This document shows, one piece after another, positions 1 to 8,854 of a DNA stretch of 64,000 nt; the first letter of the stretch is position 1, and each line of letters opens with the position of its first letter. The position numbers and the translations under genes were made by a program. The DNA lies in the NCBI GenBank assembly GCA_963730185.1, contig CAVSQW010000012.1, forward strand, positions 352,001 through 416,000, written 5' to 3'. The notes beneath the pieces were generated by a model, which made no database searches, was not told where the DNA came from, and saw nothing but the letters and a program-made list of their open reading frames with translations. The stretch comes from an uncultured Gemmatimonadales bacterium (lineage in GTDB: Bacteria; Gemmatimonadota; Gemmatimonadetes; Gemmatimonadales; GWC2-71-9).

Positions 1-1328
1 AGCACGAGTCCGGTCACCGCGCCGCTCGAATCCCGAACGAAGCTGACCGCGGCGTTCACGCCCTTCAGGAAGAACCGGCTCTCCGACTCTGGAAAGAGCC
101 GGAACGCCGGCTGGTTCGTGGGCCGGGCGAAGAGCTTGTCGCCGTTCAGGGTGACCTCGATCGCGAAGGCCGGCGCCAACTGGTAGCTGCCGACCAGCTG
201 GCGGAGGACGTCGGGGCTCACGGCGACAACTTGGTGTGCCGGAGGGAGATCGCGGACCGGGACCGAGGGATCGAGCACGTGGAGACCGAGATCGTCGATG
301 TCGGCTGCCGCATCGGAGAGGATCAGCACGTTGGCGCCGGTCGACGGCCGGAAGCCGATGAAGGAGTGATAGCCGGCGGTCTGCCCGTTGTGCCAGACGA
401 TCTGGTCCTCCCCGCGAACCACGACGTGCCAGCCCAGGCCGATCCGGAGGCCCGGTGAACCGGTGTTCCGCCGGGGTACGATGGCCAGCTTGATGCCCTC
501 GCCCAGGGACCCCGCCGGCGGGTGGAGCTGGGCTCCGAGAAAGCGAAGCATGTCGGCCGCGGTGGAATGCCAGCCGCCCGCGCCCGCAAGCACGTCGAAG
601 TCCCAACTCGGAACCGGCTCGAGATCGACCCCGTGGCCGCCCACCAGGCGGGCGCGGAGCGCGGGAGTGAGCGTGATCCGGGTGTCGTGCATGCCCAGCG
701 GATCGAGCATCCGCTCGGTGACCGCCTCTTCGTACGACCGGCCGAGCCGCCGCGCCAACAGGTGGCCGAGGAGACCCACGCCGAGGTTGGAGTACTCGTA
801 GCTGGCCCCGGGCTCACGGGGGAGGCTGTAGGTCGACAGAAACGCGTAGAGCTCCTGGACGCCGTAGTGGGCGTAGGGATTGTCGGCCCTCGTAAGGTCG
901 AGATTCGAGGGCAGCCGCGGGAGCCCGGACGACTGGGTGGCCAGATCCAGCAGGGTGATTGCCTTCCCGTCCTTCGAGGGCGCGCGCACGGAATCGGGCA
1001 GGTACTTCTGGATCGGGTCGTCGAGGGAGACCTCGCCCCGGGCCACCATCTCGCCGAGCAGGGTGGTGGTGAAGACCTTCGAGACCGAGCCGATCTCGAA
1101 CCCGGTGGCTCCGTCGAGCGCCGGGCTGCCGGGTCCGTCCCAAAGGCCGGCGGCCACCACCCGGGGCGCGCCCTGTTCCAGCACGCCAAGCACCAGGCCG
1201 GTGCTCCCGCCCCGGGCAATCCGCTCGGTCAGCATCGCCTCGAGCGAGTCGGTGGACGGAGCCCGCCATTGGCCCCAGAGCGGGGCGGCCAGTCCGAGCG
1301 TCAGGATGGTCATGGTCAGGGTCTTCAT
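1..1328 (-). CDS. Secreted serine hydrolase, class C beta-lactamase/D-peptidase-like, with C-terminal DUF3471-like domain (3' end runs off window)
   Basis: Own translation from ATG 1328: MKTLTMTILTLGLAAPLWG signal, FEIGSVSK (SxxK), YEYSN (YxN), WHNGQT (HxG); ATGA overlap with upstream gene. Confidence 0.88.
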   Translation of the reverse strand, partial: MKTLTMTILTLGLAAPLWGQWRAPSTDSLEAMLTERIARGGSTGLVLGVLEQGAPRVVAAGLWDGPGSPALDGATGFEIGSVSKVFTTTLLGEMVARGEVSLDDPIQKYLPDSVRAPSKDGKAITLLDLATQSSGLPRLPSNLDLTRADNPYAHYGVQELYAFLSTYSLPREPGASYEYSNLGVGLLGHLLARRLGRSYEEAVTERMLDPLGMHDTRITLTPALRARLVGGHGVDLEPVPSWDFDVLAGAGGWHSTAADMLRFLGAQLHPPAGSLGEGIKLAIVPRRNTGSPGLRIGLGWHVVVRGEDQIVWHNGQTAGYHSFIGFRPSTGANVLILSDAAADIDDLGLHVLDPSVPVRDLPPAHQVVAVSPDVLRQLVGSYQLAPAFAIEVTLNGDKLFARPTNQPAFRLFPESESRFFLKGVNAAVSFVRDSSGAVTGLV

Positions 1329-1921
1329 ACGTCCACTCCGGGTAGAGGTTTCGCGCGGGCCCCCTCCTCGAGACCGGCCAGCCACGAGAGGAGCTCGCGA
1401 ATCCGGGGCTCGAGCTGGCGTTCGACCGCCCGCTGGTTGAGCCGCCAGATCTGCCAGTAGAGCCACGCCATGACGGTCAGCGACCCGGCCGCCGGCCAGA
1501 ACGATGGCAGACTCCCGACGATGAGAAGCGCCAATCCCACGCCGAGCGGCCCCAGGTACCACCAGAGAACGGTCCGCAGCAAGCGTTCCTGGGCGCGGAC
1601 CCGGGCCAGCTCGTGACGGATCGCCCCGGCGATCGAATCACCCCGGTCGAGCGGCAGTCGCCGGGCCGCTCGCAGCCGGAACGGGATCACGACACACGCG
1701 CCGACGACGATCAGTGCCCCGGCCCGCGTCAGCGTCGCGGTCGCCGCGACCGCCACCCAGAGGAAGATCGGGATCATCGCCAAGGCCGATCCGGTCTCCA
1801 TCCAGTCCCGGCGGCGGATTGTCCGGTCCAGGGCCCGGAGCCGCTCCAGAACCGGCGCCAGCTGAGCGGGCGGCGGAACGGCGCCGCGGAGCCAGATCTC
1901 GCGCAGCTGGTCGAGTTCCAT
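1325..1921 (-). CDS. Membrane protein (~4 TM), probable anti-sigma factor
   Basis: MELDQLREIW N-terminus and four hydrophobic segments; lies 2 nt downstream of an ECF sigma gene. Confidence 0.7.
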   Translation of the reverse strand: MELDQLREIWLRGAVPPPAQLAPVLERLRALDRTIRRRDWMETGSALAMIPIFLWVAVAATATLTRAGALIVVGACVVIPFRLRAARRLPLDRGDSIAGAIRHELARVRAQERLLRTVLWWYLGPLGVGLALLIVGSLPSFWPAAGSLTVMAWLYWQIWRLNQRAVERQLEPRIRELLSWLAGLEEGARAKPLPGVDV

Positions 1922-1923
1922 GG

Positions 1924-2412
1924 CTAGCCCTCCACGTAGCGGGACGACAAGGTCTGCTTGATCCGGTGCAGACGCACCCCGATCGCCCCGGGACTGGTTC
2001 CCACCACGTCGCTGATCTGCTGGTGCGTCAGCCCCTCCATGTACAGCACCAGCACCGAGCGATCGATGGGCCCCAAGGCGGCCAGGAAGGACCGGAGCAA
2101 GCTCGCGTCGCGATCGGCATCGCCGAAGGGTGGACCGGCCGCGTCATGGTCCGGATCGGCCGGGACCTCACGGCGCGTCCGGCGGGTCGACTGCCGCCGG
2201 TGGCTCAAGGCGGTGTTCAACGCCACTCGATACACCCAGGTCCCGAGCGTAGCCCGCCCCTCAAACGACGGGAGGCTCCGCCAGAGCTGGAAGAGGATCT
2301 CCTGGTGGAGGTCGTCGCGGTCGGCCTCGTCGTCCGCGTAGGTCCGGGCGATCCGCCAAAGCGCCGCTCCATACTCGCTGAGGATCTCCCGCAGCGGACG
2401 ATCATCGGTCAC
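1924..2412 (-). CDS. ECF-type RNA polymerase sigma-70 factor
   Basis: DRDDLHQEILFQLWRS..F.GR...TWVYRVALN (region 2) and LYMEGLTHQQISDVVG..PGAIGVRLHRIK (region 4); GTG 2412 chosen, ATG 2457 is an alternative. Confidence 0.92.
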   Translation of the reverse strand: MTDDRPLREILSEYGAALWRIARTYADDEADRDDLHQEILFQLWRSLPSFEGRATLGTWVYRVALNTALSHRRQSTRRTRREVPADPDHDAAGPPFGDADRDASLLRSFLAALGPIDRSVLVLYMEGLTHQQISDVVGTSPGAIGVRLHRIKQTLSSRYVEG

Positions 2413-2490
2413 TCGTGGCTCGCTTCCGGCATGGCGCCTCCTGCCCGTTCTCTTCATTGGTCGCCGGCCGACAGGAACACTTACATGATA

Positions 2491-2737
2491 GTGATTCGTG
2501 AGTGGGGACTGGTGAGTGGGGAGGGAGTGGGGACTGGTGAGTGGGGAGGGAGTGGGGACTGGTGAATGGGGAGGGAGTGGGGACTGGTGAGTGGGAAGGG
2601 AGTAGGGAGTGGGAGTAGGGATTAGTGCGTGGGGAGGGGGGAGCGTGAGTTGGGACACGCGAAAGGAGCGGGACCGGAACCGGCCCCGCCCTACTCACGA
2701 CCCCCTACTCACTCCCTAGTCACTACTCACGAGTCAC
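2491..2737. repeat. G-rich tandem repeat (4 x 25 bp, 2501-2600) inside an element bounded by ~36-bp imperfect inverted repeats
   Basis: Unit agtggggactggtgagtggggaggg at 2501, 2526, 2551, 2576; C-rich 2702-2737 is the reverse complement of 2491-2526 at about 28/36 positions. Confidence 0.8.
2662..2692 (-). terminator. Probable intrinsic terminator of the porin operon
   Basis: GC hairpin gcgggaccgg-aa-ccggccccgc followed on the - strand by a short T run, ~50 nt after the stop at 2744. Confidence 0.4.
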
Positions 2738-2743
2738 AAATCA

Positions 2744-3334
2744 CTACTTGTAAAGAGCCTGATAGAGGGCCAACCCCCGTCCCACGGCCTTGGTAAGCTC
2801 CTGGGCCACATAGTACGGCATCGCACCGAGCTCGGCCTTGGACACGCCATGGAGAGCGACGCCGACGTCGTCGCCCGGGTGCATCCCGCCGAAATGGTCG
2901 AGCAAACGCGCCTTGATCGCCTTCTCGACCCAGGGCTTGGTCTCCACGGTGGCCTTGGTCGCCACCACCTTGGTCACGGTCCCGGACGGGTCGACCGTCA
3001 CCCCTACCTCGAACGGTCCGTGCTGGGTGTTGACCTGGGGGAAGAACACCACGCCGGCCGCGCCGCCGTCGGACGTCTTGCCATAGTAGAACTTGAATTC
3101 GTCCTCATCGGGCGTGAAGTCGGCGGCCCGGTGGATCGCGGCGAGCGCTTCCTTGCCGATCTTCACGTCGCGGACGAAGAAACTCCGGGCCTCGGGCAGC
3201 GTGGCCTTGATGACGTCGGCCTGCTTGTTCAGGACCACGGTCGGGGTGATGTGCCAGGCCGCGGCGCCCATGACGAGCGCGGCGACCGGCAGGGTCAGGG
3301 CCAGACGGGCCCGGCGAATCAACGACACGGTCAT
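2744..3334 (-). CDS. Exported protein resembling RnfG/NqrC-type FMN-binding domains but lacking the SGAT motif
   Basis: ATG 3334 with AGGAGG RBS and ATGA overlap; N-terminal hydrophobic helix; NTQHGPFEVGVTVDPSGTVTKV segment. Confidence 0.6.
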   Translation of the reverse strand: MTVSLIRRARLALTLPVAALVMGAAAWHITPTVVLNKQADVIKATLPEARSFFVRDVKIGKEALAAIHRAADFTPDEDEFKFYYGKTSDGGAAGVVFFPQVNTQHGPFEVGVTVDPSGTVTKVVATKATVETKPWVEKAIKARLLDHFGGMHPGDDVGVALHGVSKAELGAMPYYVAQELTKAVGRGLALYQALYK

Positions 3335-3888
3335 GCCAACCTCCTTGACGAGCGTCCCGGCAGGATCCGTCGGACGGTCGCCACCAGGATGATGAGATAG
3401 ACCAGCGCCATGCCCCACCCGGACGCGATGGTGAGCCAGGCGAAGCCCGGGATGCCGGCCTTCATGAGCCACTGGCCGGCGAAGTCGAGCGCGCCAAAGC
3501 CGAACGCGCCCAGAATCAGGGTATTGCGACGCGCCGCGGACCACTCGAGCCCCAGAATGATCAGGGTCTCGAGTGCGCCCACGATCGCGTAGATCATGAT
3601 GTGGATATGACTGTCCTGGATCAGCAGGTTGGTGTCCACCGCGTGCTTCTCTTCGGTCATGTTGCCGAGATCGAGCGGCGCGTTGGTCACCTGGGACTCG
3701 GCGGGCAGCGCCGTCGCGTCCATCCCGGGCTGTGGCACGTAGGTGGCCGCGACCGCCGACGGCGTCGTCCCCGCCCAATGCCGCACCATCAGGAAGGCGA
3801 ACACGTACGAGTACCCCAGCACCAACAGAAACAGGAGGGCGCCGAGCTTGACCGACGAGTCCGCGTTCCTGAGGCTATAGAGCCCCAT
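3331..3888 (-). CDS. Uncharacterised integral membrane protein (~4 TM, HxH motif)
   Basis: ATG 3888 after GGAGG; hydrophobic helices; LLIQDSHIHIM. Confidence 0.7.
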   Translation of the reverse strand: MGLYSLRNADSSVKLGALLFLLVLGYSYVFAFLMVRHWAGTTPSAVAATYVPQPGMDATALPAESQVTNAPLDLGNMTEEKHAVDTNLLIQDSHIHIMIYAIVGALETLIILGLEWSAARRNTLILGAFGFGALDFAGQWLMKAGIPGFAWLTIASGWGMALVYLIILVATVRRILPGRSSRRLA

Positions 3889-3902
3889 CTGAGTGCCTCC
3901 GT

Positions 3903-5045
3903 TCAAAAGACGGTAACCACCTGGAGTCCGAATTCCAGCCCGTAGTTGCTCAGCGTGTCCCCGCCGGTCGGAAAAGCGAGCTCGCTCGAGTGGTTGAGCC
4001 GCATCTCCGCGCGGAGCTGAAAGCGGGGAATGCGGAAGGTCGTGTGCTCGACGTTGGCGAAGATCCCCTCCCGCCCGGAGCCGAGGAAGAAGACCGGCGC
4101 CACGGTGTAGGACTGGAGGGTTTGGGCCACCCCGCTCCGCGCTCCGTCAGGATCGTCGAACACCTCGGCCCGGAACGTCAGCCCGAAGCGCCGCTCCAGC
4201 CGACCGAAGACGGTGAGCAGGGCGCCCTTCCAGGTCGCGGTGCTGCCATCCTCGAGCACGTTGCGATCGCCGCCCAGGTTCGCCTCCCCGGCGATGATCA
4301 ACCCCGCCTTGGGCTGGACGGCATAGTCGACGTTCATGAGGTAACGGTTGTGGGTGTCGCCCTGATCGCCCTCCACCCCATAGACGCCGCTCACGCCCAG
4401 GCTGCTGTTGGCCGAGGGCAGGAGCCCGAGCCGGAGCATGCCGGTCTTGCCATGGTTGGGATCCACCTGCGAGTCCCACCCGTTGGAGATCACCCCGGTC
4501 AGGTCGGCTTTGGGCGACATCGCCCAGCGACCCACCAGGCCCACGAACTTGCCGGGGCGCCCCAGCTCGTAGTTGTAGGACGTGGAGGCCTGGAGGTTGA
4601 GCGGCTCGTCGTCCCGCTCGAACCCGAGCGGCGCGTCGAGCTTGCCGAAGCTCAGGCTCACGTTGCTCGCCCCCGGCATCACGAAGTTCACCAGGAGGTT
4701 GTCGATCTCGGTCGAGGTCGCCACGTCGCCGCCGGCATCACCCTGTTCCAGCGCGGTCGTCAGCTGCCCGAAGAACCAGATGTGGTCGTTGATCTCGCGA
4801 AACGCCGACAGCGCCACCTTGCCGGCCTGGAAGGTGTTGTCGTGGGTTCGGGCGTCGAAATGGAAGGTCCCGACGCCGAACCCGGTGATCTGGAGCGGCC
4901 GGCTGCTCTCGCCGGTCAGGTCCTCGAGGTTCTGGTCACCGCCGAGCGCCACCGGCCGGTCCTGCGCCAGGGCCGAGGCGGGTCGGGCGACGAAGAACGC
5001 GAGACCCACGGCGCCGGCCGCGAGACCCACAGAAAGTCGAAACAC
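3903..5045 (-). CDS. Outer-membrane beta-barrel porin (BBP2/DUF1597-like)
   Basis: Signal peptide, amphipathic beta strands, SFGKLDAPLGFE, NGWD, RAEVFDD, C-terminal LQVVTVF; GGAGGA RBS. Confidence 0.82.
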   Translation of the reverse strand: MFRLSVGLAAGAVGLAFFVARPASALAQDRPVALGGDQNLEDLTGESSRPLQITGFGVGTFHFDARTHDNTFQAGKVALSAFREINDHIWFFGQLTTALEQGDAGGDVATSTEIDNLLVNFVMPGASNVSLSFGKLDAPLGFERDDEPLNLQASTSYNYELGRPGKFVGLVGRWAMSPKADLTGVISNGWDSQVDPNHGKTGMLRLGLLPSANSSLGVSGVYGVEGDQGDTHNRYLMNVDYAVQPKAGLIIAGEANLGGDRNVLEDGSTATWKGALLTVFGRLERRFGLTFRAEVFDDPDGARSGVAQTLQSYTVAPVFFLGSGREGIFANVEHTTFRIPRFQLRAEMRLNHSSELAFPTGGDTLSNYGLEFGLQVVTVF

Positions 5046-5051
5046 GGATGT

Positions 5052-5163
5052 CCTCCGTTTGGTAGCCTGCTCTATGACCGCGATCCGTCCGGCGCGCGGC
5101 CGGGCACAGAACGCATCGGTTGATTGATCGAAAGGGTACGGTCGGCTACGCGAGACGCGGAGG
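5052..5163 (-). promoter_or_regulatory. Shine-Dalgarno-sequestering stem-loop (putative translational attenuator)
   Basis: Nested complementary pairs: 5158-5163 with 5052-5057 (SD), 5144-5149 with 5062-5067, 5139-5143 with 5076-5080. Confidence 0.65.
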
Positions 5164-5532
5164 GGGGTGGTCGACGGCGGGTTCGTGCGACTGGAGGGTC
5201 AGGGCCGCGGGGGCCGCCGATCCGAGCGCCGCGTCCGACTCAGCCAGCGCCAACTCGGCGTGGGTGGGAAGGGCGGGCGGCAGCACCGCGGCGATCGTCA
5301 CTTGCGGCGTCGTCAGCTGCCGAGAATGACAGGACGGCGTCCCGGGTGCGCCGGGACCCTGGTGATTCATGGGTCCCGGCATCGAAGCCTGGGAATGTGA
5401 CGCCATCTCGTGCCCCTGCGACAGGCACATCAGGGTACACACGATGGCCGGGTGCGCCACGAGGAACGTGACGCACAGCACCAGCGACGCGAAACGCGTC
5501 CGCCGGGACCGTTGGTGGCGCGGGAGAGCCAT
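5146..5532 (-). CDS. CutF/DUF2946-like leader protein (signal/TM, CxxxC, His/Met-rich, C-terminal PPPR)
   Basis: Basic N-terminus plus hydrophobic helix, CTLMC, HEMASHSQASMPGPMNH, ends EPAVDHPPPRLA. Confidence 0.68.
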   Translation of the reverse strand: MALPRHQRSRRTRFASLVLCVTFLVAHPAIVCTLMCLSQGHEMASHSQASMPGPMNHQGPGAPGTPSCHSRQLTTPQVTIAAVLPPALPTHAELALAESDAALGSAAPAALTLQSHEPAVDHPPPRLA

Positions 5533-5588
5533 GCTGATAAGCTAACGCCGACCGGCGCCCCCCGTCCAACCGGGGCCCTGAGTTCCGC

Positions 5589-6473
5589 TCAGAGGGCCTC
5601 CACCACCACCTGAGCCGCGATCTCGCCGGACCGCCGGCTGTCGAGAAGCGGGAGGACCGTCCCGGCCGTCTTGGTCTCGGCGATGGTGTTCAGGTTGAGC
5701 GACCCGATCACCATGCTCTCCTGGTTCGGGAGCCCCTCCGCCAGGATGCCGTCTCGGGAAAACTCGAAGTCGCTCGGAGTCAGGATCGCCGCCTGGCCGT
5801 AGTTGAGCGACACCGCCGGCACCATCGGCAGCGAGCCGACGGTGTGGGCCACCATCACGTACATCTGATTCTCGATGGCCCGGGCATGGGCGCAGTAGCG
5901 GACCCGGAGCATGCCCTGGCGGTCGTCGGTGCAGCTGGGGACGGCCAGGATATGGACGTTCTCGCGGGCGGCGGCCCGGACGATCTCGGGGAACTCGACG
6001 TCGTAGCAGATCGCCACGGCCAGCCGGCCGAACGCGGTCTCGAACACCTTGAGCGCCGACCGGGGCTTGATCTCCCACTCCTCCGCTTCGAACCGGGTCA
6101 TGTGGAGCTTGCCCTGGACCCGGTGCTCGCCGTCGGGGCCGAAAACGTAGCAGTCGTTGTGGACGGCTCCGCCATTGTCCAGCACCGGAATGGTGCCGCC
6201 CACCAGGTAGATCCGGCGGGTCCTGGCCAAGCCGCTCATCATCTCCACGAAGCGCGGTACCTGCCGGGCCAGGTCGCGGACCTGCTCGGGCATGGGCCGC
6301 TTCACGTCGCCCAGGGTAAGGAGCTGGACCGTGAAGTACTCGGGAAAGACCAGGAGCTGACACTTGTTGTCGACCGCGGTGTCGACCAGCGACTCGACCT
6401 GGTCCTCGAACTCCTCGAACTTGGCCACCGGTCGGATGTAGTACTGGAGCGCGGCGACCCTGATCCGATCCAT
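5589..6473 (-). CDS. Carbon-nitrogen hydrolase (nitrilase superfamily)
   Basis: MDRIRVAALQY; LLVFPEY, QGKLHM, AICYDVEFPE (E-K-C triad), ARAIENQ. Confidence 0.93.
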   Translation of the reverse strand: MDRIRVAALQYYIRPVAKFEEFEDQVESLVDTAVDNKCQLLVFPEYFTVQLLTLGDVKRPMPEQVRDLARQVPRFVEMMSGLARTRRIYLVGGTIPVLDNGGAVHNDCYVFGPDGEHRVQGKLHMTRFEAEEWEIKPRSALKVFETAFGRLAVAICYDVEFPEIVRAAARENVHILAVPSCTDDRQGMLRVRYCAHARAIENQMYVMVAHTVGSLPMVPAVSLNYGQAAILTPSDFEFSRDGILAEGLPNQESMVIGSLNLNTIAETKTAGTVLPLLDSRRSGEIAAQVVVEAL

Positions 6474-6484
6474 CGGCCGCCCCG

Positions 6485-8173
6485 CTACCGGCGACCGGGC
6501 GCGGCGTAGACCACCTCGCCCCCGATCACCGTCATCACCGGCTTGGTCTTGAGGATGTCGGCGTTTGGCACCGTCATGACGTCCTGGTCGAGGATCGTGA
6601 AGTCGGCCCACTTGCCGACGGCGATCGATCCCCGGACGTTGTCCTGGAACGCCGCGAACGCCGGGTAGAGCGTGAACATCTTGAGGGCTTGCTCCCGGCT
6701 CACCTTCTGCTCCGGATGCCAGAGCGAGTCCGGGCCGGCGTTGCCCTGCAAGTCGCGCCGGGTCACGGCCGCGTAGAATTCGATCATCGGCTCGCCCCGC
6801 TCGACCGGCGCGTCGGAGCCGCCCGGCACGGGAAGCCCGAGGTCGAGGAAGGTCTTCCAGGCGTAGGCGCCCTCCAGGCGCTTGGCCCCCAGCCGGCGGG
6901 GCGCGAAGTAGAGGTCGCCGATCGCGTGCGAGGGCTGCATCGAGGGGATGATGTTCAGCTGCTTGAACCGGGGCAGGTCGGCCACCGCGACGATCTGGGC
7001 ATGCTCGTCGCGCCAACGCGGCTCGGCGACGGCCCGATCCGACGCCGGGACCTGTTGGAAGGCCCACTCGTAGAGGTTGAGGAGGATGTGGTTGGCCCGG
7101 TCGCCGATCGCGTGGGTTTCGACCTGGATACCCTTCTGGAGCGCCGTCACCATCATCGTCTTGAAAGCCGTGGTGTCGGTCGTGATCAAACCGCGGTTGC
7201 CGGGGTCGTCGGAATAGGGCTCCAGGAGCGCCGCACCTCGGGAGCCGAGGGCGCCGTCCATGACCACCTTGATGGTCCGGAGGGTGTAGCGGCCATCGAA
7301 CTCGTCGAGGCTCGGCCCCACGGCGAGCAGCGAGTCGGTGGCCGCGCTCGGGCCCAGGATCGCCTCGTAGACGCGGAGCTTGATCTGGCCGGCGCCGTAG
7401 AGCCGCCGCATCCGGCCGACCGTGGCCCAGTCGGTCCCGGCGTCCTGCACCTCGGTCCAGCCCAGCTCGGTGCTCCGGCGCGCCCCGATCACCAGGGCCG
7501 AGTCGTCCTGGGCCTCGGTCGCCGAGGGGAGGGCCGGGCCCATCAGCCCCTGGGCCCGGTCGATCAGCATGCCGGTGAGCTCCCCCCGGGCGTCTTTGTT
7601 GATGGCACCGCCGAACGGCGCCTTGGTGGCCTTGGTGATGCCGGCCAGCTCCAACGCCTTGGTGTTCGCGATCAGGGCATGGCCGTCGGCCCGGCCCAGG
7701 ACCACCGGGTTATTGGGAGCGACCGCGTCCAAATCGTGGCGGGTCGGAAAGACCGGCGGCGTCCAGAACGTCTCGATCCACCCGCGGCCCACCACCCACT
7801 CGCCCGGCGGGGTCCGGTCCACCCGTTCCTTGATCCGGGCCAGAAAGGCGTCCTTCGTCGGGGTCCCCTCCAAGTTGAGCGTCATCTCCCGCTCGCCGAC
7901 GCCAGCCAAGTGGTAGTGGGCGTCCGCCCACCCCGGGTAGACGAAGGCGCCCTTCAAGTCGACCACCCGAGTGCTCGGACCCCGGTACGGCGCGACCGCC
8001 GCGGTCGAGCCCACGAACACGATCTTGCCCTCGGACACCGCCACGGCCTCCGCCTTGGGCAGCTGGTCGTCGACGGTGTAGACCGTGGCGTTCTCCAGCA
8101 CCAGGTCGGCGGCCGGAGTGGAGTGGCAGGCCAGCGCGGCGAGCGCGAGCAGCGGAAGCGACGAACGGCGCAT
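6485..8173 (-). CDS. Amidohydrolase, YtcJ-like lipoprotein
   Basis: LAALAC lipobox; PGWADAHYH, DGALGSRGA, THAIGDRA, EHAQ, GSDAP. Confidence 0.92.
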   Translation of the reverse strand: MRRSSLPLLALAALACHSTPAADLVLENATVYTVDDQLPKAEAVAVSEGKIVFVGSTAAVAPYRGPSTRVVDLKGAFVYPGWADAHYHLAGVGEREMTLNLEGTPTKDAFLARIKERVDRTPPGEWVVGRGWIETFWTPPVFPTRHDLDAVAPNNPVVLGRADGHALIANTKALELAGITKATKAPFGGAINKDARGELTGMLIDRAQGLMGPALPSATEAQDDSALVIGARRSTELGWTEVQDAGTDWATVGRMRRLYGAGQIKLRVYEAILGPSAATDSLLAVGPSLDEFDGRYTLRTIKVVMDGALGSRGAALLEPYSDDPGNRGLITTDTTAFKTMMVTALQKGIQVETHAIGDRANHILLNLYEWAFQQVPASDRAVAEPRWRDEHAQIVAVADLPRFKQLNIIPSMQPSHAIGDLYFAPRRLGAKRLEGAYAWKTFLDLGLPVPGGSDAPVERGEPMIEFYAAVTRRDLQGNAGPDSLWHPEQKVSREQALKMFTLYPAFAAFQDNVRGSIAVGKWADFTILDQDVMTVPNADILKTKPVMTVIGGEVVYAAPGRR

Positions 8174-8247
8174 GGGAAGTTCTTCGGCGTGATGGTGAGG
8201 CCAACGTTACCGCACGCGGGCCGGGGACACAACCGAGGGATGGGCCC

Positions 8248-8817
8248 TCAGCGGTCGCCGCCCACGGTGCGCTGCACGATGGTGATCGGCGTGGGATAGT
8301 CGATCGGCCCCAGGGGCGTTTCGACGGTCGGGACGGCCTGCAGGCGGATGGTCGTCGGATCCGCGTTCTGACCGAGGACCGCGAGCGCCACGTTGACCAG
8401 ACTCGCGGCCGACCCCTGGAAGAACTGGAGCAGATCGAGATGCATCACCACGGGGATCACGGTCGGACTGCCCGGCGGGAGCTCCACCGCCTGCTCGACC
8501 GTGCCGTCGATCGTTTCGCGGTCCTGGAGGTAGAGCGACCAGCGGAGCCGGGTGAGCTTGGCCGTGACTCGGTTCTCCGCCGGGTTCACCGCCCGGACGT
8601 TGACCGTCATCTCGAAGGGCAGATGGCCGCCGGCCACTGCGAGTCCGATCGCGGCCGCCTGGGTCACGCTCAGGCTCTGGTACGAGCGAATCGACGCCAG
8701 GTCGACGCCCGCGACCCGCCCGGCGGTCACCCCGGCCAGATCAAAATCTACCTGGCGGAGCGCGGCCAGCTGCTGGAGGGTGGCGCAGCCGCCCAGCAGC
8801 AATGCCCCGCCGGCCAC
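8248..8817 (-). CDS. LEA_2/WHy-like lipoprotein
   Basis: LLGGC lipobox; VRAVNP followed by beta-rich domain; start uncertain. Confidence 0.65.
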   Translation of the reverse strand: MAGGALLLGGCATLQQLAALRQVDFDLAGVTAGRVAGVDLASIRSYQSLSVTQAAAIGLAVAGGHLPFEMTVNVRAVNPAENRVTAKLTRLRWSLYLQDRETIDGTVEQAVELPPGSPTVIPVVMHLDLLQFFQGSAASLVNVALAVLGQNADPTTIRLQAVPTVETPLGPIDYPTPITIVQRTVGGDR

Positions 8818-8854
8818 CAGCCAGCCTCGCCGGCGCCGACCGCCCGAAGGCCGC

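Noticed and set aside
2458..2658. Repetitive N-terminal extension on the ECF sigma ORF
   Set aside because: It is only the translation of the G-rich DNA repeat; sigma homology starts near 2412
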